Source: Schmidtea nova (taxonomy: Eukaryota). Taken from it: a stretch of DNA of 64,000 nucleotides. Below the pieces are notes generated by a model that saw only the letters and a program-made list of their open reading frames with translations, made no database searches and was not told the DNA's origin. Where the stretch lies: NCBI GenBank assembly GCA_044892505.1, contig CM097882.1:545290001-545354000 (forward strand), read 5' to 3'. Positions 38,732 to 49,843 of this stretch are shown here, one piece after another. Within the stretch, counting starts at the first letter, position 1. Each line of letters opens with the position of its first letter. Position numbers and translations under genes: made by a program.

Positions 38732-40912
38732 GTAAAAAACATTTTTATCAGATTATAATGAAATTTGAATCAATATTAATATATGTGAGAGTAAAAATTA
38801 TCAAGAAATCGCCAGCTTTAATTAAAACAGTTTTCTTTTATTGAATGTAATTATATTTCTATGAAGATTCATACCACATAATAAATAGTAAACTAGAAAT
38901 AAAAATATTTATTAAATTATTAATTAAAAAAAATAATTATAAAATAAAAGGGAAATAATATAAAATGTAACTGATTTCTAATTTAGTTTATTGTAGGTTG
39001 AAATGGTACTTTAAGCAAAACTCAAAACGTCTTTAAATTTATCGGATAAATAAATTTTCCTTTTTCCGATAAAATATTATCTGAAGTTGAAAATTTTCAT
39101 TCATTCATAGTTAAAATCTTTGCTATAGTTTTGAATAATAAAGGTTTTCGTTGGGTTTTCAATAGTGAATCCGAGACCCATTTTCAATCCGTGATTTCGG
39201 TACTGAAATTTCTTAGTTCCGGGATTTCCGTTGCGGGTTCTGGAATCGAAACTTTGCATTATCTGACAAAAATAGATTAAAGTCTTAGGATTCAAGTTTA
39301 TTCACCAAAAATATTTTTAGTTACGTGAAAATTTAAAAGAAAAGAAAATCATCAATTAATACTACAGTAGTCTATCATTACTGTTAATATATGCAATAAA
39401 TTCCTGACTAATTTATCATTTACTTATCATAGCAGTTTTAAAAATAAATCGTGCTTCCAAATATTTGCTTATTGATTAAAAAAAGTGAGCAGAGCGTAGA
39501 TAAAAAAAGAAAAAACTTTGCGGCGTGACATTTTTGCAGATTTTGAAAATTTGTAAACTAAAAGTTCGCTATTTCTAAACTAATTTCTACACATTTATAT
39601 ATAATAATGCTAAATTTAGTCAAAGACATAAATTTTTATCAGAAAATCTAACACTAAAAACAATTTACTCTTAACAATCACTTAAAAAAATAATTCAGTA
39701 AAGCTTAATTTCCAGATATTTTGGATGATATTTTGCAAAAGAATATAATTGAAATACCATAAATTTAAAAAACTAGACTTCAAATAACTGAACAGACTGA
39801 ACAGGTAAATGACTTTTTAAATAGTATTATTCAGGTTTTAAAGCAACACAAAGTGCTGAAAATCGTTACGTTTGTGAATAAATGATATTAAATTATAATT
39901 AAATGCATTGTATTTTTAAAAGTTGACAAATAACTCAAATACTTTTTAAAAATTAATTTTTGATGTCAAATTCCCGGGATTGAAAATCTTCAGCACCGGA
40001 ATATTGGTATTATAAATGACCAGTACTAAGGGATCACGGTTTTGGTACTCCCAGTTATGGATTCACTAGTTTTCAAGAAATGTAGTTGGATATCCTCAAA
40101 ACTTTGACTTCTGTGTTCTTTTGATTAACAATGATGAACCAACAAATTAAACAATTTATTTTTCAAATATAACAAAAGAATAAAAATTTNNNNNNNNNNN
40201 NNNNNNNNNNNNNNNNNNNNNNNNNNNNNNNNNNNNNNNNNNNNNNNNNNNNNNNNNNNNNNNNNNNNNNNNNNNNNNNNNNNNNNNNNNNNNNNNNNNN
40301 NNNNNNNNNNNNNNNNNNNNNNTCCACATTTAACATAAATAATAAGAATAATAAGAAATAAATAGGAATAAATTAAATTAATGTAATTACGAGAAGTTTC
40401 AGAAAGGATGAATTAAAAAGTAATAAAAATATTAATTTAATATCAAAATTAGAAGAAAGTAAATGGAAATGTAAAAGTGTTAAAGAAAAAATGATATTTA
40501 ATTATATTTAAATAAAAAGAAAGTAAAGCAAATAAGTAGAATTACAGAAAATAATAAAAATCAAAACAGCAAATTGCTAGCAATTGACAACAAAACCAAT
40601 TGATTTTAGCGTTAATAAAATTTATTATTTGTGCTGATCTGATGATCAGCTTCAAGCTGATTGGTTCAGCATTTGATCTGGTCAGTATAAATACTGATCC
40701 AGATTCAGTTAAAGTTAGATGAAATTTTTTTTCTTTCAACATTTTGTTGTATGCAAATTTTGTGAAGACAATATTTTTGAAAAACTAAAAGGTATGAGTA
40801 TTTTGTTTTTTATTATATTATGAATTCTGACATTGCCATTATAGTTATTTAAATGAAATTAATAAACCTTTCTGAATATGTTACATTCTTTTGAATATAG
40901 AATTAAGTTAAG

Positions 40913-41200
40913 CTTCTTCCACTGTGCAATCAGTGGAAGGAGACGACTCTATTTATCTATTTATTTATCTTTTATTGAGCTTCTTCCATCGTGTAATCGG
41001 TGGAAGGAGACAACCTTAGTGTAGTATGCTAACCATTACTTACAAGTATATATTTTTTAGAAGTAATTTTTGGGTCGAGCTTCTTCCACTGTGCAATCAG
41101 TGGAAGGAGGCGAATATATATTATTTATATACTGTAGTTATAGTAGAGATATACGTACGATTCAAGGGGCTCCGATCACCGTGCAATCGGTGAAATGGAG
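40913..41200 (+). other. Four hairpins with conserved TGYAAT loop (40913-42, 40980-41009, 41080-109, 41170-200); copies at +22231
   Basis: 12-bp stems CTTCTTCCACTG/CAGTGGAAGGAG with compensatory variants ATCG/CGGT and CACCG/CGGTG. Confidence 0.75.
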
Positions 41201-41671
41201 GCATACTGTGCCGAGTAGAATGACTGCTCCGTACAGTTGGGCCGTCCGACCGGTGTAAAGCGCCGTGAAGAGGGTAGGATTTTTATTTAACCATGATTTC
41301 TAACCTTAATTTTCACTGGATATTATAACCAGTTGAAGTTTTTATTTCATAACAGATTTGAATTTCATGAATTTATAGTTGAGTAGAGTTTGATTTTAGT
41401 TTGAGACAGATATAGCTGTGATTTTATTAATCTGATTTTATATTTGAATTCACCGAATGTTAATCTATATTTTTTGATTGTCACATCTGGGGTTTGTGGG
41501 CATAAAGCGGCAGATACACGGTTAAGAATTTGTACATAATACATTTTTTAAGCATAACCATTTCAAAAATCGATAATTTAATAGCCTAGTGATCTACTAC
41601 GCAAGTAACATAGCAGCAATAGGCTATAGGATCAAACATTCCACATAAATGATTAAATATAATTACTTATC

Positions 41672-41807
41672 CTGAACCCTGTACATAGGGCAGCAGATCT
41701 TAGTTTATTTAAATAATTTCGTATCCTGATTGCTGTACATAGCACAGGCATGAATAAATAAAATATATCATGAAATAAAAGTATCTGATCGCTGTATATA
41801 GCGACAG
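41672..41807 (+). other. Three bulged hairpins with GTAYAT loop
   Basis: CTG-bulge-CCCT/AGGG, TGCT/AGCA or TCGCT/AGCGA-CAG; the upper stems differ in sequence but all pair. Confidence 0.7.
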
Positions 41808-41934
41808 TGTTGAAAGTGTAATAGGTAAACCATTTTCTCTTCCTGAATTAACAATTAACAGTCGTCGAAAGTACGAGAATTGTTCAAATCAAAACAACCA
41901 ATTTATGTTAATAAATCATCTTGAATTTTAGAGA

Positions 41935-42525
41935 ATGTCAGTCAACTCAACCACTAATCAAGCAGAATTGGATAAAGCATGGAGGATAATTCGCAGCCTC
42001 GAAAAGGAAATGCTGCGCAAATCCGAAAAACTAAAAGAAGCCGATGGTATAATTTCCAACCTGAAGAAAAGCTGGTTTAATCCAGAACAAATGAAAGCAC
42101 AAATTATAAAAAATCAACGCTCACAGCGAGCCAACAGCGAGATACAAATGGAATTAGATTCTACAAAGATGGAGCTGAAAAAGTGTCTGAAATCTGTGAC
42201 GGCTTCATATCTAAATCAAGAGCTCCGACAGCTCATTCGACCAATCACTTATCAGCATTGGGCTGACGAGAAAGCAGGATGTTCGAAGGGAACGAACACC
42301 GAGGAACCCTCTCAGGTTCAAGCAACAACAGCAACCAGTACACCAAAGAACACGACAAATCCGGAAGTCAAGAAGAAAAAGAAGAGTAAGATGGGAGCGC
42401 GCCAGCGTCGCTGGAAGAAACAAGTGCTTCAGCAAATGGCACAACAATCGAAAGAAGTGCCCGAGATTGATCTAACAATGAACTTTGCAATATCGGATGA
42501 AGACATTACCAAATACTTTGAATAG
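41935..42525 (+). CDS. LTR-encoded orphan protein, 196 aa (coiled coil and basic NLS-like segment)
   Basis: Intact ORF with TTTTAG just upstream of the ATG, heptad-rich N-half, and KKKKKSKMGARQRRWKK. Confidence 0.65.
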   Translation: MSVNSTTNQAELDKAWRIIRSLEKEMLRKSEKLKEADGIISNLKKSWFNPEQMKAQIIKNQRSQRANSEIQMELDSTKMELKKCLKSVTASYLNQELRQLIRPITYQHWADEKAGCSKGTNTEEPSQVQATTATSTPKNTTNPEVKKKKKSKMGARQRRWKKQVLQQMAQQSKEVPEIDLTMNFAISDEDITKYFE

Positions 42526-43101
42526 AAATTCTGTGATTTAGTTATTTTCGCTTATTAAATAATTTTTGTTTTGTGTTTATTTTATTGTAAAGTATATGAA
42601 CTAAAGTATTTTATTAAAGGATTTCTAAATTAAGTTAAATGTAGATTATAATTAAAAGGTTGACCTGAACATAATAACAATAAGAGCATTAAAGAAATAA
42701 CATATTATAATTGATTAAAGATTATTTGTTGATATTGTAAAGAAGGGGCCGAAAGAAAAATTGAAAGTTGAAATATATTGTAAAGAAAAGGGGGCTAAAG
42801 AAATAATTGAAATGAAAGATAATGGATGCGGATAGATTAAAATTAAAGCGTAAGTCCTTCTATCGGCAGCGAGACGAACCCGTGAACATAAATGGGGAGT
42901 AGTTTTAGCAATAGAGCTCACCTGCCCATCATTGTTCAAACACCTTGCACATTTCCAACTCGATTATTACAGGGAAATGATCGAGGGTGCTCGTGTGATA
43001 TGTAAGCATTTTATGTAAGGTTTTGGATGGAGGAATCCCTAGAGCGTTTAGTTTAATTTTCTATTTTTGTTTTAACCCATCCGAACCGCCCAGCATAAAT
43101 T

Positions 43102-43119
43102 TGGGGGCTCAGCCGGGAT
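43102..43119 (+). promoter_or_regulatory. Primer-binding site, tRNA-Pro type
   Basis: TGGGGGCTCAGCCGGGAT matches the MLV tRNA-Pro PBS TGGGGGCTCGTCCGGGAT at 16/18 positions. Confidence 0.8.
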
Positions 43120-43483
43120 GAAAATGGTTTTTGTGCGAAAAATTGAATCCAATAATAACTAGGAGTTTTAAAGTACCCCTCAACCGAAAATTTAATTGAA
43201 TTTATGTTAGAAGTGAAAACAATATCAACAGAGAATTTTTGAAGAAACAATGAGTTAATAAATATAATAACAGACGATTAATAATTGACATTAAAATAAA
43301 ATAAATAAACATAAATAAATATGTCGGGACGACAATTTGACGAACCAGGTTTAACATCAGAAAACGAAATGTACCACTACTTTTGACCGACACAAATCAA
43401 ACAAATAGAGAAACAAGATATGGAAATTTTTATTTTTTAACAAATAAAGCAGCAAACATATTAACAATATCAATTATTTAGCA

Positions 43484-43945
43484 ATGAACGATAAATTAAA
43501 AGAAACAGAAGAATTCTTAAACACGGAAAACAAAACATACGATGAATTATGCGAGAAAATAAGTCGAATAAGAGAATCCGGATTCACAGAACCCATGACA
43601 CAAACCGAAGAGACAACAGAGCTGATAAAAATATTGGAAAGAGTAGACAAAATAGATATAACAACTAGATACAAGTGGTACCGAACGAGATTAGAAAATG
43701 CTGATGTAAACATAAAATGCAGACAGTTAGAACAACAATTAACTCCAACATACCACAAGTGGACGATACAAGGAACTGAGACAGCTAAGAAATTTAAACT
43801 GTGCTACATATGTCGAGGAAGAGAGAATAAAATCATGTTTTTACCATGTGGACATTTCCGGTTTTGTAGAATCTGTGCAGCCAATTGCGACAAATGCCCG
43901 ATGTGCAATCTCGAAATAGACGAAAGAATTATTGTGTATTTATAA
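43484..43945 (+). CDS. Coiled coil plus C-terminal IAP/MDM2-type RING protein, 153 aa
   Basis: CYICRGRENKIMFLPCGHFRFCRICAANCDKCPMCNLEIDERIIVYL* is the typical extreme C-terminal RING of IAP-like E3 ligases; no BIR domain seen. Confidence 0.85.
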   Translation: MNDKLKETEEFLNTENKTYDELCEKISRIRESGFTEPMTQTEETTELIKILERVDKIDITTRYKWYRTRLENADVNIKCRQLEQQLTPTYHKWTIQGTETAKKFKLCYICRGRENKIMFLPCGHFRFCRICAANCDKCPMCNLEIDERIIVYL

Positions 43946-43985
43946 TAAATTTTGAAATTGAATAATATGATTTGTGATAAAGGAT

Positions 43986-44160
43986 AATGAGAATTAATAT
44001 GATAATTCATAATGAGAATTAATATGAGAATTCATAATGAGAATTAATATGATAATTCATAATGAGAATTAATATGAGAATTCGTAATAAGAATTAATAT
44101 GAGAATTCATAATGAGAATTAATATGATAATTGATAATGAGAATTAATAATGAGAATTTA
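43986..44160. repeat. 25-bp tandem repeat, ~6.5 copies
   Basis: Unit AATGAGAATTAATATGA(T/G)AATTCAT. Confidence 0.9.
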
Positions 44161-44517
44161 AAATGAGAGTTGATAATGGCAATGACAGAGATCATAATAA
44201 CAATTGATATGTATAAATAATTTTTGAGCTGCTCACGAGTAGTCCGTTAAGCACCCATTGGGAGGAACCAACTGATCAACTTACCCGAGATGTATAGAAA
44301 GGGGCCCATCGCGGAAATTGGAAAGCTTTTGTGATGTGACTGATCACCACATCTTGCATTAGTAGACCAATGCGATCTTTTTGTATATTTTGGTTGGGGT
44401 GAAAGGTAGGGAAAATTCAATGAGGTTTAAGTGCGCGCAGAAAATATAAATAAAAAGAGAGAACAGAAAACTGATCAGTAAGAAATAAAGAGAATAAGAG
44501 TTAATATGATAACTAAG

Positions 44518-45511
44518 AATAATAGCAACATGAGAATATGAACTCATGATTGTAGGCAACATAAGAATTTGAACCTATGATTGCAGTGAATAATAGCAAC
44601 ATGAGAATATGAACTCATGATTGTAGGCAACATAAGAATTTGAACCTATGATTGCAGTGAATAATGGTAACATGAGAATATAAACTCATGATTGTAGGCA
44701 ACATAAGAATTTGAACCTATGATTGCAGTGAATAATAGCAACATGAGAATATGAACTCATGATTGTAGGCAACATAAGAATTTGAACCTATGATTGCAGT
44801 GAATAATAGCAACATGAGAATATGAACTCATGATTGTAGGCAACATAAGAATTTGAACCTATGATTGCAGTGAATAATAGCAACATGAATATATGAACTC
44901 ATGATTGTAGGCAACATAAGAATTTGAACCTATGATTGCAGTGAATAATAGCAACATGAGAATATGAACTCATGATTGTAGGCAACATAAGAATTTGAAC
45001 CTATGATTGCAGTGAATAATAGCAACATGAGAATATGAACTCATGATTGTAGGCAACATAAGAATTTGAACCTATGATTGCAGTGAATAATAGCAACATG
45101 AGAATATGAACTCATGATTGTAGGCAACATAAGAATTTGAACCTATGATTGCAGTGAATAATAGCAACATGAGAATATGAACTCATGATTGTAGGCAACA
45201 TAAGAATTTGAACCTATGATTGCAGTGAATAATAGCAACATGAGAATATGAACTCATGATTGTAGGCAACATAAGAATTTGAACCTATGATTGCAGTGAA
45301 TAATAGCAACATGAGAATATGAACTCATGATTGTAGGCAACATAAGAATTTGAACCTATGATTGCAGTGAATAATAGCAACATGAGAATATGAACTCATG
45401 ATTGTAGGCAACATAAGAATTTGAACCTATGATTGCAGTGAATAATGGTAACATGAGAATATGAACTCATGATTGTTGGCAACATAAGGAATGTGAACCT
45501 ATGATTGCAAT
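44518..45511. repeat. 71-bp tandem array, ~14 nearly identical copies, decaying to ~45690
   Basis: Unit AATAATAGCAACATGAGAATATGAACTCATGATTGTAGGCAACATAAGAATTTGAACCTATGATTGCAGTG. Confidence 0.95.
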
Positions 45512-46246
45512 AGTGATAGCAACAGAAGGAATATGAACCTTTGATTGCACTGTGGATAACAACATAAGGAATATGAACCTATGGTTGTAATTGTGGAAAT
45601 TTAGTAAATTTAGCAACCTAAGGAATTTGAACCCAGGTTTGCAATTATGTGAAATTAAATGACAACGAAAGGAATATGAACCTAGAGTTGAAGTCGTCGA
45701 CGACGTGAGAATAGTGAACATTAGAGTTTGAGTAATAAAAGTAAAGATGATTAAGAAAACTAGAGATACAGTATGCATACAAGTAGAAATAAGAATAGGA
45801 GAAATTAGAGTTGACTAGAAATAGTGAGAATAGTGAGTAATGATGAGAAATTAGAGATGACCAAGGAAAATTGGTAGAAATAGTGAGAATAATGAGTAAT
45901 GATGATACAATGAATAGTAATAAAATGATAAAACTGAGTCAGGAGAACTCAAGGGAATTAAAGCGTTTGAGCGACAAATTTATTTGGGAGACTGAGGGAA
46001 AAGTAATGAATTTATTTGATAACGATAGATAATTATTACGACCATATAGATAATTGTTACCAGTGAATAGATGATTTAAATAGACTTAAATAAAGGGGAA
46101 ACCGGGAATGGGGAAACAATGGAAACCCAATAATGAGGAATAAAAGCGCAACGATAACAATGATGTATCGTTGAAGTGACTTTTTAATTTAGATATACGG
46201 AACAGAACAAGTCAAACCAACCAACCAATCAATCATAATACGATAA

Positions 46247-48426
46247 CAGAGAAACAGAAAAATTGATAAATTAAAGAAAAGTAAACCGAGATCAAGAACA
46301 GCTAAAAATCAAGAAGTCAATAATTCACAGAGAAACAAATTGAGATCAAGAGCAGTTAGTGCTAGAACCCAAAAAGTTGATAAATCACAGAGAAGTAAAT
46401 CGAAACAAAGAGCAACCAGTGTTACAAAGAAAACAAATCCTAAAGGAAGTAAATCAAGAAGAGTAATAGTAGAAAAGTCAAAAATCGAAAACAGTAAATT
46501 AACAAAAACTAACGGAAGTGAAACAGAAGAAAGTGCAAGTGAATCCCACGATAATTATAATAATACGGAAGCATCAGATAACGAGTCAATAAACACAGAA
46601 GAAGTAGAAGCAGAAATTGATAATAATTCAAACGAAACGAATAACGAGCATACTAGTGAAACAAGAGGAAACGAGAGTAAAACGACACAAGACAGCGGAA
46701 TTGAAATGAACGAACATAAAGAAGAAATCAAAGATAAATTTACGGGAGAACCATTTAATGGAGATGCCAGCAAGTTAGAAACATTTTTAAAAGAATTTGG
46801 TATATTTGTAGAAGTATGTAAATGGAAACCAGAAACGATAAGAAGCAGAATTCAGTTATATTTAAAAGACAGTGCTATAGACTTATATTTAGAAGCTAAA
46901 AATTCAGATGATCAACTCGATAGTTGGGAAAAGATAAAGAATTTTTTCCAGCAAACGTTCGGAATAAATAAAGTATTAAATGAAGCATTTACAGAATTTT
47001 CAATGAGGAAACAAAAAGTTAATGAATCAAATGCAGTATATGCAAGTGAATTAAAGAAATTGGCTAAATTAGCATTTAATCAAAATAGTCCAATGAGTCC
47101 AGAATTAATGGCAGCAATTTTTGTGGGGGGATTGAGAAGACCCGATATAAGAGCACAAGTTGGATGCCAAGGTTGTAAAACAATAGATGAAGCGTTGGAA
47201 ATCGCCAACAGATTTGAATTACATATGATCGGAAGTGAAGGAAGAATTTACTTAGCAATGGATACGACACAAAATGAACAAGCAATAAAGATAAATAACC
47301 ATATTCCGAATTCACAGCAATTAAATCGACCACCACCTCAAAGGAGAAATGAAGGAAACAAAATACAAAATTACAGAAACCAAAATAATTATAGTACGCA
47401 GGACAGACAAAGCAATGTCAAACCTGTGGAAAGTCAGGACATTGGCAACAAGAATGTTTCGCGAATTTAAATTGTAAAAAGTGTGGAATAAAAGGACATG
47501 CGGAAAATAGATGTTACCAAAGATCATGTTATAACTGTGGACAACCAGGTCATATGGCGAAGAATTGCCAGCAACAAAACAACCAACAAAGGAATTGGTC
47601 GAACAACGGAAATCGACAAAATTATGTGAATCAACAGAATAACGGAAACCGTCAGAATTATGGAAATCAACAGAGTAGTTATAATCAGAACAAAAATGCC
47701 AACAAAGAAATACTTTTATTACAAGAAGTTCAAAGATTGACAGAGTTAATAAATAATACACCGAGAGGAAATCAACAAACGAATCAACAACAAATGAATA
47801 TGATGAGAAAAGTGGAAAGTGAAAATGAACGATTAAATCGAGAAAGTCAAGCACGACATGCTCAAGAATGGGCAAGAATACAAAGAGAAGACGAACAGAA
47901 ACGACAAGAAAGAGAACGACAACCATTGAGAATTAATATGATGAGAGCAACGAATCAAACAAGAGATAACAAAGAAGATATTGAACCAGAAACAAACCAG
48001 ATAAACCCAAATCCGGAAGATGAAGAAAACCAAAAAGAAATAGTACAAGAAAACGAAGAAGTTATTAAACAAAAAAGGATGTTGGTAGTCATGCCAAACG
48101 ATCATGTATTTCGATTTGAATATGATGAAAAAGAAGAAGTAGAAGTATTAATTAATAAAATAAACAAGACGATTCCGGGAATGACGAAACTACCCCGAGA
48201 AGCATTTTTACAGACAGAAGACGAAGCAGCAATAAAATTGAAACCAACCGACATATGGAAAGATTTAGGAGTACCAATGAATAAAATGAAAGTCACAGTT
48301 ATCCAAGAAATAGAAGAAAATAACGATGAAGAGAAATCAAAACCAGTAACAAAAGTCAAAAGTAGAGCATTGAAGATATTTGAAGAGAGAATCAAACAAA
48401 GAAGAGCAATGGAAATAGAAAAATGA
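46247..48426 (+). CDS. Gag (capsid-like domain, 3 CCHC knuckles, Q/N-rich region, Ubl-like domain); -1 frame change at ~47395-47415
   Basis: EPFNGDASKLETFL...YLKDSAIDLY...RKQKVNES...FVGGL is retrotransposon gag. The next frame gives CQTCGKSGHWQQEC, CKKCGIKGHAENRC and CYNCGQPGHMAKNC. The frame is open from 46247; first ATG at 46706. Confidence 0.85.
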
Positions 48427-49843
48427 AGAGGCCAAATAAAAGAACCAGAAAACAATGACAAAAAAGAAGAGATACCACCAAAAAATGTACCAGATAAAGT
48501 AGAACAGACAGCACATATAAACATGTTAAGAAACTTAACTAGAGAATTTTCAGATGTAGAAAGTGACAGTGATGTCAGTAGTTTAGCAGGAGATATGCTA
48601 AAAGAACCAGAAAATGAAGACAACCAGATAGAAGTAACAAAGACGCCAGAGAATATACAAATAAAAGAAGATGAAATTCAGAAACTATTAGTTAATGCGT
48701 TAGAAGTGATTTATAACGAAGAATTTATTGATAAGAAGCGATATCGAAAATTTATAAGAGCAGTATTCCGAACGAACTATAAAGAACGGTTACAAAGTCG
48801 TGAAGTAGAGATATTATCAGGATACGTCGTCAAACTATTAGAAGAACCACTCCACGAATACATAATTTTAATAGAAATAAACGAATGTTCACCAAGAATT
48901 TTATCGATGGGTAGAAGACAGATTGGGAAGTTCGTATAAAAACAAATTTATATATTCAGGAAACGAACTTGTAAGACGAGCAACGCATTTGGTAGAAACA
49001 GGCATATGGCCAGGAGAGATAACAACATTATCAATAGGTGACAATAAGAAAGAGGAGAATCTACAAGAAATCGCAAAGGAAGCAAATATGTGTTTTGAGA
49101 TGAGAATTAAACCTCAGTTAGTGGAAAGGAAAGAAAGAATTCTTAGAGAAAATTTAAATTCACTAATAGAACAAATTATTCAACAAATCGACAAGAATAG
49201 AGAAGAGTTAACGAAAACTGAATATGAGAAATTAAAACAATGCATCGAAAATATACGAGATACCAGCCATACGAGATATTCGCCGTACAAGACTTGGAAA
49301 GTGATCGCGAAAATGGGAAAAGCGATGTTTAAACGAGGAGAAATAGGAGATTTAAAAATCAAAGTGAAATTACCAAACGAGGACACAAAAGAAATTGAAG
49401 TAATCGCGGATTGCACAATAGAAGAATTAGTTGATGTTATCAATGAAACTTTATTACAACGGGAAAAAGAAGACGAATTGGTAGACGATATCATCATAAA
49501 ATATAATGAACACGTACTAGGGGATCATGATGAGAGACGATTATATAAAATTGGCATATGGGATAATTACCAAACAATTCATGTTATCAGAATGGATGAT
49601 ACACCAAGAGAAACACCAAAAGACGAAAAAAGGAGACAAGAACGTCGAAGAGAAGCGATGCACAAACTAAGACAAATAATAGAGATTTATCGAAGATGAC
49701 AGATACAGCCAGAATGGGAAAATGTATTAGGAGAATTAAACTTCAACGAACGCCGATTAACACCAGTAGAGAAACACTGGGATGTTAAAGAGAAATGCTG
49801 GAAAGCAAAAGGAGGTATATATGAAGAGGAATTTAGACCAGAA
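48427..49843 (+). CDS. Continuation of the Gag-extension polyprotein, broken by TGA 48424-26, a +1 shift at ~48881-48936 and TGA 49697-99; contains a ubiquitin-like domain
   Basis: Frames stay open directly past both TGAs. LKIKVKLPNEDTKEIEV...TIEELVDVINE...TIHVIR resembles the ubiquitin fold. Confidence 0.65.

Larger units (their letters stand above)
40304..43095 (+). repeat. 5' LTR (~2.8 kb inferred)
   Basis: Matches the 3' copy with about six differences seen by eye in 1447 bp. The inferred end ...CCCAGCA (43095) is loosely inverted to TGTTGG at the 3' LTR start and lies 6 nt before the PBS. Confidence 0.75.

Noticed and set aside
40190-40322. Target-site duplication of the giant element
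   Set aside because: The left end is masked and the right end is outside the window, so it cannot be tested.
40913-41200. Hairpins as iron-responsive elements or pre-miRNAs
   Set aside because: The loop is TGYAAT rather than CAGUGN, there is no bulged C, and the stems are too short for pre-miRNAs.
41070-41258. 62-aa ORF in the LTR (repeated at 63301)
   Set aside because: It starts at TTG and overlaps the hairpin array; its duplication simply reflects the LTR.
44518-45511. 71-bp array as a CRISPR array
   Set aside because: Units are head-to-tail with no unique spacers, there are no cas genes, and the context is eukaryotic.
48424-49699. Alternative genetic code or selenocysteine for the in-frame TGAs
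   Set aside because: TGA ends the dynein light chain and ABCG genes normally, and I recognised no SECIS. Ordinary readthrough or mutation remains open.
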